DNA of 64,000 bases from Candidatus Heteroclostridium caecigallinarum (GCA_904419725.1 CAJFSP010000004.1:1769-65768), one strand, 5' to 3'. Positions 50,718-61,526 are shown, numbered from the stretch's first letter. Notes: generated by a model from the sequence alone, not told the origin. Made by a program: numbers and translations.

Positions 50718-51919
50718 AAATTAAAATGACCACGCCGCTGGTGGAGATGGACGGCGACGAAATGACCAGAATCATCTGGAAGGACATAAAAGAACAGCTC
50801 ATTCTGCCGTTTGTGGACCTCAAAACGGAATATTACGACCTGGGGCTGGTCGAGCGGGACAGAACCGACGACAAAGTCACCATGGACGCCGCCGAAGCCA
50901 CCAAAAGGCTGGGCGTGGCGGTTAAGTGCGCCACAATCACGCCGAACAAACAGCGCGTGAGCGAATATAATCTCAAACAGATGTGGAAAAGCCCCAACGG
51001 CACGATACGTTCCGTGCTGGACGGCACCGTTTTCCGCGCGCCGATACTAATAGACAGCATAAAACCCGCCGTCAGGAGCTGGAAAAAGCCCATTACCATT
51101 GCCCGTCACGCTTACGGCGACGTGTATAAAAGCGTGGACATGAAGACGGAAGAACCCGGCGTGGCGGAACTCGTCTTTACCGGCGAAAGCGGCAAAGTCA
51201 GCAAAATCACCGTGCAGGAAATGAACGGCCCCGGCGTGTTGCAGGCGGCGCACAACCTGGACAAATCAATCACTTCTTTTGCCCACGCCTGTTTCAAATT
51301 CGCGCTGGACAGCAAGCAGGATTTGTGGTTTTCCACCAAAGACACAATCGCCAAAGTGTACGACGGCGATTTCAAACAGATTTTTCAGGATGTGTTTGAC
51401 AAATATTATAAAGACGAGTTTGAAAAAAACGGTCTGGAATATTTCTACACCCTCATCGACGACGCCGTGGCAAGGGTCATCCGCTCGGAAGGCGGCTATA
51501 TCTGGGCGTGCAAAAACTACGACGGCGACGTGATGAGCGACATGGTGTCCACCGCTTTCGGCTCGCTTGCCATGATGACCAGCGTGCTTGTCTCGCCCGA
51601 CGGCAAATATGAATACGAAGCGGCGCACGGCACCGTGACCAAACACTATTACCGCTGGCGGAAAGGGGAAAAGACTTCCACCAACCCTATGGCGACCATC
51701 TTCGCCTGGAGCGGCGCGCTGAAAAAGCGCGGCGAACTCGACAACCTGCCGGGCCTCGTCGCCTTTGGCGACGCGCTGGAAAAAGCCAGCCTCATGACGC
51801 TGAACGACGGCGTAATGACGAAAGACCTCGTCGCCCTGGCGGAAGGCGAAACCACCGCCGTCAATACGGAAGAGTTTATCGCCGAAATCAGAAAAAGACT
51901 GGAAAAACTCATCGGCTGA
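50714..51919 (+). CDS. icd: NADP-dependent isocitrate dehydrogenase
   Basis: GDEMTR, KCATITP, SPNGTIR, NYDGD, EAAHGTV. Confidence 0.95.
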   Translation: MKIKMTTPLVEMDGDEMTRIIWKDIKEQLILPFVDLKTEYYDLGLVERDRTDDKVTMDAAEATKRLGVAVKCATITPNKQRVSEYNLKQMWKSPNGTIRSVLDGTVFRAPILIDSIKPAVRSWKKPITIARHAYGDVYKSVDMKTEEPGVAELVFTGESGKVSKITVQEMNGPGVLQAAHNLDKSITSFAHACFKFALDSKQDLWFSTKDTIAKVYDGDFKQIFQDVFDKYYKDEFEKNGLEYFYTLIDDAVARVIRSEGGYIWACKNYDGDVMSDMVSTAFGSLAMMTSVLVSPDGKYEYEAAHGTVTKHYYRWRKGEKTSTNPMATIFAWSGALKKRGELDNLPGLVAFGDALEKASLMTLNDGVMTKDLVALAEGETTAVNTEEFIAEIRKRLEKLIG

Positions 51920-52064
51920 AAAGTCAAAATAAAAACGGAGCGTTTGCTCCGTTTTTTGTTTGCCGTCGCCGCGCGTTACGGGTTCAGGTCTGATTTTATT
52001 CAAAATATTGACACTGCGCCATTTTTTATATAAAATAAGACAAACGGACGATTATGTCCGCTTG

Positions 52065-52268
52065 TCAATATTTTGTTCTTCCAAGCAGAAAATCAACGCT
52101 GACATCGAAATAATCGGCGATTTTACAGATTGTTTTCAAATCGGGAGTTCTTTCGCCCGATTCGTATTTTGTGATGGTTGTAGGATGGACGTTCAGGGCT
52201 TGCGCCAGCTGATATTGCTTTATGTTGTTGGTTTGACGCAATTCTTTGAGTCTTTCGCCGATATTCAT
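52065..52268 (-). CDS. XRE family HTH regulator
   Basis: RLKELR, YESG.R.P, IADYFDVSVDFLLG. Confidence 0.88.
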   Translation of the reverse strand: MNIGERLKELRQTNNIKQYQLAQALNVHPTTITKYESGERTPDLKTICKIADYFDVSVDFLLGRTKY

Positions 52269-52336
52269 AATGGCATTATGCCATTTGTGGTATTTTTTAT
52301 TAAAAATATTGGCGTTCCGCCATTTTATGGAGCACT

Positions 52337-52720
52337 TTGAAAAATCCGGAAAGATGTACGGTGCATGAATTGAGATGGCTGGGTAAAAAATTGCGCATGA
52401 AACATCCAACGAGCATGAAAAAAGCCGAGTTGTTAGAGGAGCTCAGGCTCAGGCTGCCCGATATAATAGATTTATCAGCGGGCAAAGATGACAAGGCGGG
52501 CGATATATTTGTGAAGACGGCGACTGACGCGGGTGATAATTTTTTGAGAGAAATTATCGTTGATTGCGTCGTCTATATTTTGCAGATGAATATGGCAAGC
52601 GGGGATAAGCGCAGGTTATTGACGTCGCTGATGGCGGCATTGAGGATTGCCGACAAAAAAACCGACGACAATATTTTCGCGCGGCACATTGAAAAAATAA
52701 TCGCCGGGCTCGCTGAATGA
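52337..52720 (+). CDS. Hypothetical protein with Rho N-terminal-like domain
   Basis: HELR.LGKKL..KHPTSMKKAELL resembles Rho_N; GGAG RBS with TTG start. Confidence 0.55.
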   Translation: MKNPERCTVHELRWLGKKLRMKHPTSMKKAELLEELRLRLPDIIDLSAGKDDKAGDIFVKTATDAGDNFLREIIVDCVVYILQMNMASGDKRRLLTSLMAALRIADKKTDDNIFARHIEKIIAGLAE

Positions 52721-52869
52721 CGCCGCCACTGACCGGGGAAAAGCGAAAAATGTTAATTTACAACAGGTTTGCCTCAGCTGATAAAATCTATTGTAAATTA
52801 ACAATGAAAAATCGCTTTACAAGGCGGCGGCGAAGTGCTATACTTTGCTTACATTTGAAAAAACCCCTA

Positions 52870-53123
52870 AATGCGTTGACGAAAGACACGGGGCGTTTAT
52901 TCAACGGAGTCAGAGAACTGTCGGTCGGTGCAAGACAGTCTCCGCGTAAACGGCTTATCCCTTTCGAAGCAGGGCGGCAGAACACAAAAGTAAGTCGCTC
53001 CGGTTGACACCGTAATATGTCTTGGGCTTGTGTGAGCCTCAGAGCGGACGCTTTAAGCGTCAATTTGGGTGGTACCGCGGATTATTCGATTCGTCCCAAA
53101 CATGCGTTTGGGGCGTTTTTTTA
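52870..53123 (+). promoter_or_regulatory. T-box riboswitch leader
   Basis: AGAGA (52912), GGTG, AGTA, T-box AATTTGGGTGGTACCGCGG (53062-53080), terminator plus T-run; promoter TTTACA-17-TATACT upstream. Confidence 0.9.
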
Positions 53124-53158
53124 TGTGTAAATTCGGTTTGAAGGAGAAGTAAAAGACA

Positions 53159-55450
53159 ATGAACAATTCCGTTAAGGAAATCGCCGAGCGTATCAAAGGC
53201 CTCAGGAGCGCGGTGGGCAAAACCGCCGAGCAGATGGCCGAGGAAATCGGCGTGACGACAGAAGAGTATTACAGAGCCGAAGCGGGCGAACTTGACTTCG
53301 CTTTCACGTTTCTTTACCGCTGCGCCGGCGCGCTGGGCATCGACGTGTCGGAACTCATCACCGGCAAATCCGCCACGCTCAACACCTGGCAGGTGGTGCG
53401 CAAGGGCGAGGGTCTGCCGCTGGAACCGCGCGAAGGTTTCGCCTATTACAACCTGGCGTCGCTCAAAAAAGACAAACTTTCACAGCCTTATTTCGTGGTG
53501 GCGAAACACTCCAACACGCTGGAAAACTCGCCAATCAGCCTGACGCAGCACGCAAGCGAAGAGTTTGACTATGTGGTGAAAGGCACCCTCAAAGTGCAGG
53601 TGGAAGACCATATCGAAGTGCTGCACGAAGGCGACTGTATTTATTACGACAGCACCAAGCCGCACGGCATGGTGGCGGTGGGCAAAGACTGCGAGTTTAT
53701 CGCCGTGGTCGTGCACGGCACCGCCGAAGAGTTCAAACTGCCGCACGAAGTGCACGAAAAATACGAGTCGGACAACGACAAAGACTACGATTACTCCAAA
53801 TGCGTGTTCCACAAATTCGTCAAAGTCAAGGAAGACGAACACGGGGCGTTGCAGGAAATCAAGTTCACACCGACGAGAAACTTCAACTTCGCTTTCGACG
53901 TGGTGGACGCCGTTGCCGACAAAAACCCGAACAAGCGCGCAATGCTGTGGCTGTCCAAAGACAAGGAAGAGCGTGATTTCTCTTTCGGCGACATGAAACG
54001 CCTGTCAAATAAAGCCGCCAACTATTTCAAGGCAAAGGGCATCAAAAAGGGCGACAGGGTCATGCTGGTGCTGCAAAGACACTATCAGTTCTGGATTGCC
54101 ATACTCGCTCTGCATAAACTGGGCGCGATTGTCATCCCCGCCACGCACCTGCTCGTCAAGCACGACTTCGAGTACCGCTTCCAGGCGGCGGGTGTGAAAG
54201 CCATTGTCGCCACCAGCGAAAACGACGTGCCGCACCAAGTGGACATGGCGCAGGAAACCAGCCCTACGCTGCAAATCAAAATGGTGGTGGGCGAAAACCG
54301 CGACGGCTGGGACAACTTTGACGCCGAAATGGAAAAATATAGCGACGTGTTCGAGCGTCCGCGCGGCGACGAGGACGTCACCAACGATGACCTCATGCTG
54401 ATGTATTTCACGTCGGGCACGACGGGCTATCCGAAAATAGCGGCGCACAACTTTCTGTATCCGTTGGGGCATCTCATCACCGCGAGATACTGGCACCACG
54501 TTGACCCGAACGGTCTGCACTTTACCATAGCCGACACCGGCTGGGGCAAAGCCGTGTGGGGCAAACTGTACGGCCAGTGGCTGTGCGAAGCGGCTGTGTT
54601 TACCTATGACTTCACCAAGTTTGACGCCCACGACATTCTGCCGCTGTTCAAAAAATACAACATCACGACATTCTGCGCGCCGCCGACAATGTACCGCTTC
54701 TTTATTAAAGAAGACCTGTCGAAGTACGATTTGTCCATGCTCAAACACACGACCATCGCCGGCGAGGCGCTTAACCCGGAAGTTTTCGAGCAGTGGCTCA
54801 AAGCCACGGGGCTCAAACTTATGGAAGGTTTCGGTCAGACGGAAACCACGCTGACCATCGCCAACCTGGTGGGCATGGAGCCGAAACCCGGCTCGATGGG
54901 CAAACCGTCGCCGCAATACGACGTGGATTTGCTGGACGCAGACGGCAACCCCGTCAAAGTTGGCGAACAGGGCGAAATATGCGTGCGCACAAGATACGGC
55001 GCGCCTTGCGGGCTTTTTGCGGGATATTATCTCGACGAGGAAAAGACCAAAGAAGCGTGGGATAACGACATTTATCACACCGGCGACATGGCGTGGAAAG
55101 ATGAAGACGGTTATTATTGGTATATCGGCCGCACCGACGACGTCATCAAATCGTCGGGCTACCGCATCGGGCCTTTTGAAATCGAAAGCGTCATAATGGA
55201 ACTGCCGTACGTCCTTGAATGCGCCGTTACCGGCACGCCTGACCCGATAAGGGGGCAGGTGGTCAAAGCCACAATCGTTCTGACCAAAGGCAAAGAGGCG
55301 TCTGACGAACTCAAAAAAGAAATTCAGAACTACGTCAAGGTGCACACCGCTCCGTATAAATACCCTAGGGTGGTGGAATTCGTGGAAGCGCTGCCTAAAA
55401 CCATCAGCGGCAAAATCCGCCGCGTCGCACTCAGGGGAGAAGGAAAATAA
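53159..55450 (+). CDS. XRE-HTH/cupin regulator fused to an AMP-forming acyl-CoA synthetase
   Basis: N-terminal HTH and cupin (H..EE, YYDS..PH); YFTSGTTGYPK, EGFGQTE, TGD, TISGKI. Confidence 0.9.
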   Translation: MNNSVKEIAERIKGLRSAVGKTAEQMAEEIGVTTEEYYRAEAGELDFAFTFLYRCAGALGIDVSELITGKSATLNTWQVVRKGEGLPLEPREGFAYYNLASLKKDKLSQPYFVVAKHSNTLENSPISLTQHASEEFDYVVKGTLKVQVEDHIEVLHEGDCIYYDSTKPHGMVAVGKDCEFIAVVVHGTAEEFKLPHEVHEKYESDNDKDYDYSKCVFHKFVKVKEDEHGALQEIKFTPTRNFNFAFDVVDAVADKNPNKRAMLWLSKDKEERDFSFGDMKRLSNKAANYFKAKGIKKGDRVMLVLQRHYQFWIAILALHKLGAIVIPATHLLVKHDFEYRFQAAGVKAIVATSENDVPHQVDMAQETSPTLQIKMVVGENRDGWDNFDAEMEKYSDVFERPRGDEDVTNDDLMLMYFTSGTTGYPKIAAHNFLYPLGHLITARYWHHVDPNGLHFTIADTGWGKAVWGKLYGQWLCEAAVFTYDFTKFDAHDILPLFKKYNITTFCAPPTMYRFFIKEDLSKYDLSMLKHTTIAGEALNPEVFEQWLKATGLKLMEGFGQTETTLTIANLVGMEPKPGSMGKPSPQYDVDLLDADGNPVKVGEQGEICVRTRYGAPCGLFAGYYLDEEKTKEAWDNDIYHTGDMAWKDEDGYYWYIGRTDDVIKSSGYRIGPFEIESVIMELPYVLECAVTGTPDPIRGQVVKATIVLTKGKEASDELKKEIQNYVKVHTAPYKYPRVVEFVEALPKTISGKIRRVALRGEGK

Positions 55451-55510
55451 CAAAACAAAAAAGACTTGCCGCGGCAAGTCTTTTTTTATGCGATTAAACA
55501 CAATTTGCGA

Positions 55511-56032
55511 TTATTTATACACGGAATTTCCGCGGCAGTCGGTGGCGACGATTACGGGGAAGTCTTCCACCGTCAGGATATACAGCGCTTCGGCGCCCAA
55601 ATCCTCAAAAGCGACGAGTTCCGCCTTTTTGACGCAGTCGGCGTAAAGGGCGCCGGCTCCGCCTATCGCGGCGAAATACACGGCTTTTTGCTTTTTCATT
55701 TCTTCAATGACTTCTTTGCTACGCCAGCCTTTGCCCACCATGCCTTTAAGCCCGTGACGCAGGAGCAGCGGCGTGTAGGCGTCGCACCTGCCCGACGTGG
55801 TGGGACCGCACGAGCCTATGACCTGCCCCGGCTGTTTGGGGCACGGACCCACGTAATATACCGTTGCGTTTTTGAGGTCTACGGGCAGCGGTTCGCCACG
55901 GTTAATCATGGCCGTCAGGCGTTTGTGTCCGGCATCTCTGCTGGTGAACATCTGTCCGCTGAGCAGCACGGCGTCGCCCGCGCTGAGCGATTCTATTACA
56001 TCCTCTGTCAAAGGTAACGTTATCTTTTTCAT
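55511..56032 (-). CDS. Class I fumarate hydratase / tartrate dehydratase beta subunit
   Basis: RDAGH, GPTTSGR, GKG, DLG.EA. Confidence 0.9.
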   Translation of the reverse strand: MKKITLPLTEDVIESLSAGDAVLLSGQMFTSRDAGHKRLTAMINRGEPLPVDLKNATVYYVGPCPKQPGQVIGSCGPTTSGRCDAYTPLLLRHGLKGMVGKGWRSKEVIEEMKKQKAVYFAAIGGAGALYADCVKKAELVAFEDLGAEALYILTVEDFPVIVATDCRGNSVYK

Positions 56033-56043
56033 ATCCCGCTCCG

Positions 56044-56883
56044 TCAGATTGTTTTTGTGTCGTGGCGCACAGAATGGCACTGCACGTTGATTGCCACCGG
56101 CAGCCCCGCCAGGTGCGTCGGGAATTTGTCGATATACACGGCAAGGCAGGTATGGTTGCCGCCGAAACCCTGCGCGCCTATTTCCAGCGCGTTTATTTTG
56201 TCCAGGATTGTCTGTTCGAGCCCCGCAAGCGTTTTGTCGGGATTGACGGAGCCGACTTCGCGCAGCAGGCATTTTTTGGACATATACGCCGCTTTTTCGA
56301 AAGTGCCGCCTATGCCCACGCCCACGATGACGGGCGGGCACGGGTTGGAACCGGCGAGTTTAACCGTTTCCACAACGGCGTCAATCACGCCTTCCACGCC
56401 TTTTGACGGGGTGAGCATATAAACTCTGGACATATTCTCGCTGCCGAAGCCTTTGGCAAGAAAACTGACCTTGACCTTGTCGCCCCTGACGATTTCGGTG
56501 TGGATAACGGCGGGCAGGTTTGTTTTGGTGTTTATTCTGTCAAGCGGGTCCAGCACGCTTTTGCGGAAATAGCCTTCCGCGTAGGCTTCTTTCACGGCTC
56601 GGTTCACGGCGTCGCCGACGTATTCGCCCGTGAGCGACACGTCCTGGCCTATTTCCAGAAAAATGACCGCCATGCCCGTGTCCTGACAGGCGGGCATGCC
56701 CAGCCGCGCCGCCTTTTCGTCGCTTTTGATTATCGTTTCGATGGCGAAACGCGCGGCGTCGTTTGTTTCGCTCGTCGCCGCTTCTTTCAGCATGCCGACA
56801 ACGCCGCCGTCGACGTTGACGCAGCAGGCGAGAGCCATTTCTTTGACAGCCTTGTAAATTTCGTTGGTATCGATTGTTCTCAT
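56044..56883 (-). CDS. Class I fumarate hydratase / tartrate dehydratase alpha subunit
   Basis: CQDTG, KGFGSEN, NPCPP, GAQGFGG, QCH..RH. Confidence 0.92.
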   Translation of the reverse strand: MRTIDTNEIYKAVKEMALACCVNVDGGVVGMLKEAATSETNDAARFAIETIIKSDEKAARLGMPACQDTGMAVIFLEIGQDVSLTGEYVGDAVNRAVKEAYAEGYFRKSVLDPLDRINTKTNLPAVIHTEIVRGDKVKVSFLAKGFGSENMSRVYMLTPSKGVEGVIDAVVETVKLAGSNPCPPVIVGVGIGGTFEKAAYMSKKCLLREVGSVNPDKTLAGLEQTILDKINALEIGAQGFGGNHTCLAVYIDKFPTHLAGLPVAINVQCHSVRHDTKTI

Positions 56884-56969
56884 ACGCAGATTTTAGCATT
56901 ATTTCGCCGCCGCCGCAACAGGTTTGTTTTTTGTTGTTGATTTTTTTATAGTTTGATATAATGCTGTAG

Positions 56970-57752
56970 ATGAAGTTTCAGACATTGTGCAGCGGCAGCA
57001 AGGGCAATTGCGCCGTGCTTACCGGCGGCGGAGCCACCGTGCTTATAGATTTGGGCATGAGCGTGCCGGCGCTGGAAAAGGCGCTGGGCGAGAGAAATAT
57101 AAAGCCCGAAAAAATAGACGCGGTGTTTATAACCCACGAGCACACCGACCATATATCGGGGCTGGACGCCTTTTCCAAAAAATACGGCAAAAAGGTGTTC
57201 GTGCATGAAAAGGGGTTTTTGGAAACGGCGAAAAAACTGTATTGGACAAACCACCGCCTTACGTCGTTCGGCGACGGGTCTTTTGCTTTCAAGGGGCTGA
57301 CGGTCAGCAGTTTCCGCTGTCCGCACGACAGCGCCTATTGCTGCGGCTACCGCTTTGACGACGGAACGGCCGCCGTCGCCACCGCTACCGACCTCGGCAG
57401 GGCGGACGGGCTCGCTTCTTTCGTAAAGGGCTGCGGGCTGGTGCTGCTGGAAAGCAACCACGACCCCGAAATGCTGCGCAAGGGCGACTATCCGTATATG
57501 CTCAAAAAGCGTGTGGGCGGCGGCAGCGGACATCTGTCAAACGAGCAGGCGGCGGACGCCGCCGTCGAGATGGCGAAGCAGGGCGTAAGGCGCATTCTGC
57601 TGGGACATCTCAGCGAAAATAACAACACGCCCGAAACGGCGTTTCACGCCGTGGTGCAGCAACTTGAAAAAAACGGCTTTACCGAAGGCGTGGACGTGAT
57701 TGTCGACGTGGTGGGGCAGTGGAAACCCAGCGAGGTGTATAACGTTGAATAA
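56970..57752 (+). CDS. MBL-fold metallo-hydrolase (YycJ/WalJ-like)
   Basis: SGSKGN, THEHTDH, ESNHD, GHLSN, HLS. Confidence 0.9.
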   Translation: MKFQTLCSGSKGNCAVLTGGGATVLIDLGMSVPALEKALGERNIKPEKIDAVFITHEHTDHISGLDAFSKKYGKKVFVHEKGFLETAKKLYWTNHRLTSFGDGSFAFKGLTVSSFRCPHDSAYCCGYRFDDGTAAVATATDLGRADGLASFVKGCGLVLLESNHDPEMLRKGDYPYMLKKRVGGGSGHLSNEQAADAAVEMAKQGVRRILLGHLSENNNTPETAFHAVVQQLEKNGFTEGVDVIVDVVGQWKPSEVYNVE

Positions 57753-58668
57753 CAAGAGAGAAAGAATTAACATCGCCGACGGCGGCAAGGTGTTTGCCCT
57801 GGCGATTTTCGTACCCGCCGTCGTCAGCGTGATTTTGTCGTTTATAATGTACGGCAGCCCGTCGTTTCTGGCGGACGAAACCGTTCGTTACTGGGTGCTG
57901 GCGTTTTTAAGCCAGTTTCTGCTGCTGGCGTCGTCAGTCGGCTACTGCGTTTACGGCAAAGTGAACATAGTGAAAGCCACCCGCCTCGACAGAAAAATCA
58001 AGTGGTGGCACGCCGCGCTCGCCATTGTTCTGGCGTTTGCCCTGCTGTGCTTTAATTTGCCTATTCAGTCCGCAGTCACGAATTTCCTGGCGGGACTGGG
58101 GCTGGATATGTCGGCGGCGTCGGCAATGCCTTCTCTCGACAACGCCGGCACGGTGATACTCGCCGTCATTCTGGTGGCGGTTATGCCGGCTTTTGCCGAA
58201 GAAATCATTTACCGCGGGTTTATATGCAACGCCCTGTCGTCGGGCGACAGGAAAATAAGCGCCAAAGCGGTGCTCATATCGGCGGCGATTTTCGCCGTGA
58301 TGCACCAGAGCCCCGTACAGACTATACACCCGTTTATTCTCGGCTGCGTTATGGCGACGGTGTATCTCGCCACGGGGTCGCTGTGGACAAGCGTGATTCT
58401 GCATTTCGTCAACAACTTTATCGTCATTATCCTCAGCGCGGTCGCGCCCGGGTTTGAAACGTTTGTAGTGGCGAACTGGTGGTGGATAATGCTTATCGCC
58501 GCCGCGGTCATAGCGCCGGTAATGTATCTGTTTGTCAAAAACGCCGTGAGCAAAAGCGACGACGAAATTATGCCGATTACGGTGGAAGAGCGCAACAAGT
58601 CGCTTCCGTATTTCGTGGCGGCGCTGTTCTTCTGCCTGTTTATGTGGGTTTTTGTGCTGTTGAGCTGA
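57745..58668 (+). CDS. CPBP/Abi family intramembrane metalloprotease
   Basis: EE...RG, FA..H, H...N motifs; TTG start after GAGGTG. Confidence 0.85.
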   Translation: MNNKRERINIADGGKVFALAIFVPAVVSVILSFIMYGSPSFLADETVRYWVLAFLSQFLLLASSVGYCVYGKVNIVKATRLDRKIKWWHAALAIVLAFALLCFNLPIQSAVTNFLAGLGLDMSAASAMPSLDNAGTVILAVILVAVMPAFAEEIIYRGFICNALSSGDRKISAKAVLISAAIFAVMHQSPVQTIHPFILGCVMATVYLATGSLWTSVILHFVNNFIVIILSAVAPGFETFVVANWWWIMLIAAAVIAPVMYLFVKNAVSKSDDEIMPITVEERNKSLPYFVAALFFCLFMWVFVLLS

Positions 58669-59144
58669 TGTTTAAGGTCAAAATCGCCTGTGTGGGCAAA
58701 ATAAAAGAGAGTTTCTACCGCGAGGCGGTGGACGAATACGTCAAGCGGCTGGGGCGTTTCTGCGACGTCAGAATAGTCGAAACGGCTGAGTGCCCGGTGT
58801 ATAAACCATGCCCGACGGACGGCGAAACCGCGAAAGTCAGAAAGGCGGAAGCGGCGGGTCTTCTGGCGGCGATGGAAGGGTTCTGCGTGTGTCTGGATAT
58901 AAGCGGCGCAGAGATGTCCAGCGAGCGGTTTGCCGAACAACTGCGGCGGATAAAAGACATTTCGCCCGTGGTTACGTTTGTCATAGGCGGCTCTTACGGT
59001 ATGGACGACAGCGTCAAAAACGCCTGCAAACTCAAACTGTCTTTCGGCAGAATGACATATCCGCACCAACTGATGAGGGTGGTGCTGTGCGAACAGATTT
59101 ACAGGGCTTTTATGATTGACAGCGGCTCGGCTTATCACAAATAA
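58668..59144 (+). CDS. rlmH: 23S rRNA pseudouridine-1915 N3-methyltransferase
   Basis: VGKIKE, FVIGGSYG, T.PHQL.R, EQIYRA, YHK. Confidence 0.95.
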   Translation: MFKVKIACVGKIKESFYREAVDEYVKRLGRFCDVRIVETAECPVYKPCPTDGETAKVRKAEAAGLLAAMEGFCVCLDISGAEMSSERFAEQLRRIKDISPVVTFVIGGSYGMDDSVKNACKLKLSFGRMTYPHQLMRVVLCEQIYRAFMIDSGSAYHK

Positions 59145-59179
59145 GAACTTTCGCGGCATATAATATTGCCGGGGAAGTT

Positions 59180-60055
59180 ATGTATCGTTACCGTGATTTG
59201 ATTTCAGACGTCAAAAAACTGTCGCGCATGGGCGCCGAAACCGGCAGCATAGGCAAAAGCGTGCTGGGGCAGGAAATTCCGTATATCTTCGTGGGACGCA
59301 AAGGCGGCCCGACGCTTGTCGCCGTGGGCGCCACCCACGCGAGGGAGCATATCACCGCCAAACTTGTGGCTAAACAGGCGCTGCGCTACGCCGCGGGCGA
59401 CCTGAGGCTGGACGGCGGCATATATTTCGTGCCGATGCACAATCCCGACGGGGTGCGCCTGTGTCAGGAAGGCGCGGGGTTTATAAAGGACGCCGACAGG
59501 CGCGGGTTTCTGATTAAAGCCAACGGCGGCAGCGGCGATTTTTCGCTGTGGAAAGCCAACGCCGCCGCCGTGGACATAAACGTCAATTTCGACGCCGGCT
59601 GGGGCACGGGCGAGAGTAATCTGTTTTTCCCCGCGCCTTTCAACTATGTGGGCAGGGCGCCCATGAGCGAGCCTGAAACAAGGGCGGTGGCGGCGCTCAT
59701 TGAAAAAACCGCCGCCGACTATGTGATAACGTATCACACCAAAGGAGAAATAATCTACTGGCAGTTTAACCAGCGGAACATGCGCAAATGGCGTGACTAC
59801 CGCTACGCCCGCTTTGTGTCCCGTCACACGGGGTACCGCCTCGTCGGGCAGGGGAAAAGCGCCGGCGGGCTGAAAGACTGGTGCGTCGACGTTTTGAAAA
59901 TCCCCGCCGTTACGGTGGAGACGGGCAGCGACGCTTACGGATATCCCTATCCTTACAGCCAGTTTGACGATATTCTGAAACGGAATCTCACGGTGCCGCA
60001 GCGTATGCTCAACACCATAGCCAAGGAAAAACCGATATGGAAAAGAAATTTATGA
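59180..60055 (+). CDS. M14 family gamma-D-glutamyl-meso-DAP peptidase-like
   Basis: HARE, NPDG, WKAN..VD.N.NF, SEPET; SigK-like CATA promoter upstream. Confidence 0.8.
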   Translation: MYRYRDLISDVKKLSRMGAETGSIGKSVLGQEIPYIFVGRKGGPTLVAVGATHAREHITAKLVAKQALRYAAGDLRLDGGIYFVPMHNPDGVRLCQEGAGFIKDADRRGFLIKANGGSGDFSLWKANAAAVDINVNFDAGWGTGESNLFFPAPFNYVGRAPMSEPETRAVAALIEKTAADYVITYHTKGEIIYWQFNQRNMRKWRDYRYARFVSRHTGYRLVGQGKSAGGLKDWCVDVLKIPAVTVETGSDAYGYPYPYSQFDDILKRNLTVPQRMLNTIAKEKPIWKRNL

Positions 60056-60501
60056 AAGCGGCGATACGCGAGGCGGTTAAAGCCGCCCGAAAGGACGAAG
60101 TGCCCATCGGCGCCGTCATAGTGATGGACGGCAGGATTATCGCCCGGGGGCACAACACCCGCCACAAAACCAAAAACGCCGTAAACCACGCCGAAATCAT
60201 CGCCATTCAAAAGGCGTGCAAAAAGGTGGGCGACTGGCGGCTGAGCGGCTGCGACCTTTACGTCACGCTGGAACCCTGCCCGATGTGCGCCGGCGCCTGC
60301 GTCAACGCCCGCGTCGACAACGTGTATTTCGGCGCCTACGACCAAAAGGCAGGCTGCGCCGGCACTCTCATGAATATACCGGCGGACGGGCGGTTCAACC
60401 ACCGCTGCGGCGTGACCGGCGGCATTATGGAAGAAGAATGCGTGAGCCTTTTGGGAGAGTTTTTCAGAAACAAGCGCGAATCGGCCAAAAGAGAAAAATA
60501 A
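60037..60501 (+). CDS. tadA: tRNA adenosine-34 deaminase
   Basis: EVPIGA, HAE, TLEPCPMC. Confidence 0.93.
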   Translation: MEKKFMKAAIREAVKAARKDEVPIGAVIVMDGRIIARGHNTRHKTKNAVNHAEIIAIQKACKKVGDWRLSGCDLYVTLEPCPMCAGACVNARVDNVYFGAYDQKAGCAGTLMNIPADGRFNHRCGVTGGIMEEECVSLLGEFFRNKRESAKREK

Positions 60502-60551
60502 AACGGAAAAATAAAAAAACCGCCCGATAAGAGCGGTTTTGCTTTTTTTGT

Positions 60552-61526
60552 TCAGGCGGAGGCGGTGGAGTCAAAGTGCATATAGCCCTGACTCATACGG
60601 ACGATGACGTATTTGTATATTAAGTCGCCTGCCACAGGCGGAGCCATTTTTTCGGTCTGCTCGCAGTAGTAATAGTACGGATAACCCATGCCGACAGGCA
60701 CGGCGCCAATCCTGATATATTCCGTGCTGTCGTTCGGGAGGGTGTAAGGCGAACTGCCGTCATACGCCACGGTGACTTCCTGCGTCGCCTGTTCGGTGGA
60801 GTTGAAGAAATTCAGCGTGGTGGAACTCGCTTCCGCCAGCCCCGCCATGTCGATGGAGCGTATCGCCAGCAGCATGGCCTCGTTGTCGAAAATAAGGTCG
60901 GTGCCGACGCTGACCGTCGTTTCGTCGAGTTTGCCCTCCACGTCGCCTGTGTTGTCGGTGAACTTTGTGGCGGCGTTGCCGTCGGAATAGGTCGTTTCGG
61001 TGGAATAATCGTTGTAAGCCACTTCTTTGTCAAGGTTACTGTTCCAGTACACCACGGCGCCTTTCACCGTTTTTGACGAAGAAACCGGCGCGCCGCCCAA
61101 GGCGATTTTGCCGAAGACCGCGCGGCTGGTCATGGTGGAAGTAAACGTCACGCTGCCGTTGTCAACGGTATATATACCGCTGTCGTCTATAACCGACTGC
61201 CAGTTATCGGCAAAGTCGTCGAGCGAATAGGTCTGTTTTACCGTCATGTCGATTTCCAGCACCCAGTTGCCGTTTTCCTCGCTTATTTCGTAAGTCATGT
61301 AACTGTCATCGGAAATGGAGTCCGGTTTAACCTGGACGCCCGCCGTTTTCGGATAGTCATAGTAGTCGTCCGGCGCCGACGTTTCGGTAATCATTGAGAT
61401 TTTGTAAGTGCGGGTTTCTCCCGCTTCCCATCTGTCTATCTGCGAAGGCGGCGTTGTGCCCGAACAGCCCGTGAAGGCGAAAACCGCCAAAACCAACGCG
61501 AAAACAAGGCTTAAAGTCTTTTTCAT
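60552..61526 (-). CDS. Hypothetical acidic lipoprotein
   Basis: MKK plus hydrophobic signal and FTGC lipobox; GGAGAGG RBS. Confidence 0.75.
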   Translation of the reverse strand: MKKTLSLVFALVLAVFAFTGCSGTTPPSQIDRWEAGETRTYKISMITETSAPDDYYDYPKTAGVQVKPDSISDDSYMTYEISEENGNWVLEIDMTVKQTYSLDDFADNWQSVIDDSGIYTVDNGSVTFTSTMTSRAVFGKIALGGAPVSSSKTVKGAVVYWNSNLDKEVAYNDYSTETTYSDGNAATKFTDNTGDVEGKLDETTVSVGTDLIFDNEAMLLAIRSIDMAGLAEASSTTLNFFNSTEQATQEVTVAYDGSSPYTLPNDSTEYIRIGAVPVGMGYPYYYYCEQTEKMAPPVAGDLIYKYVIVRMSQGYMHFDSTASA

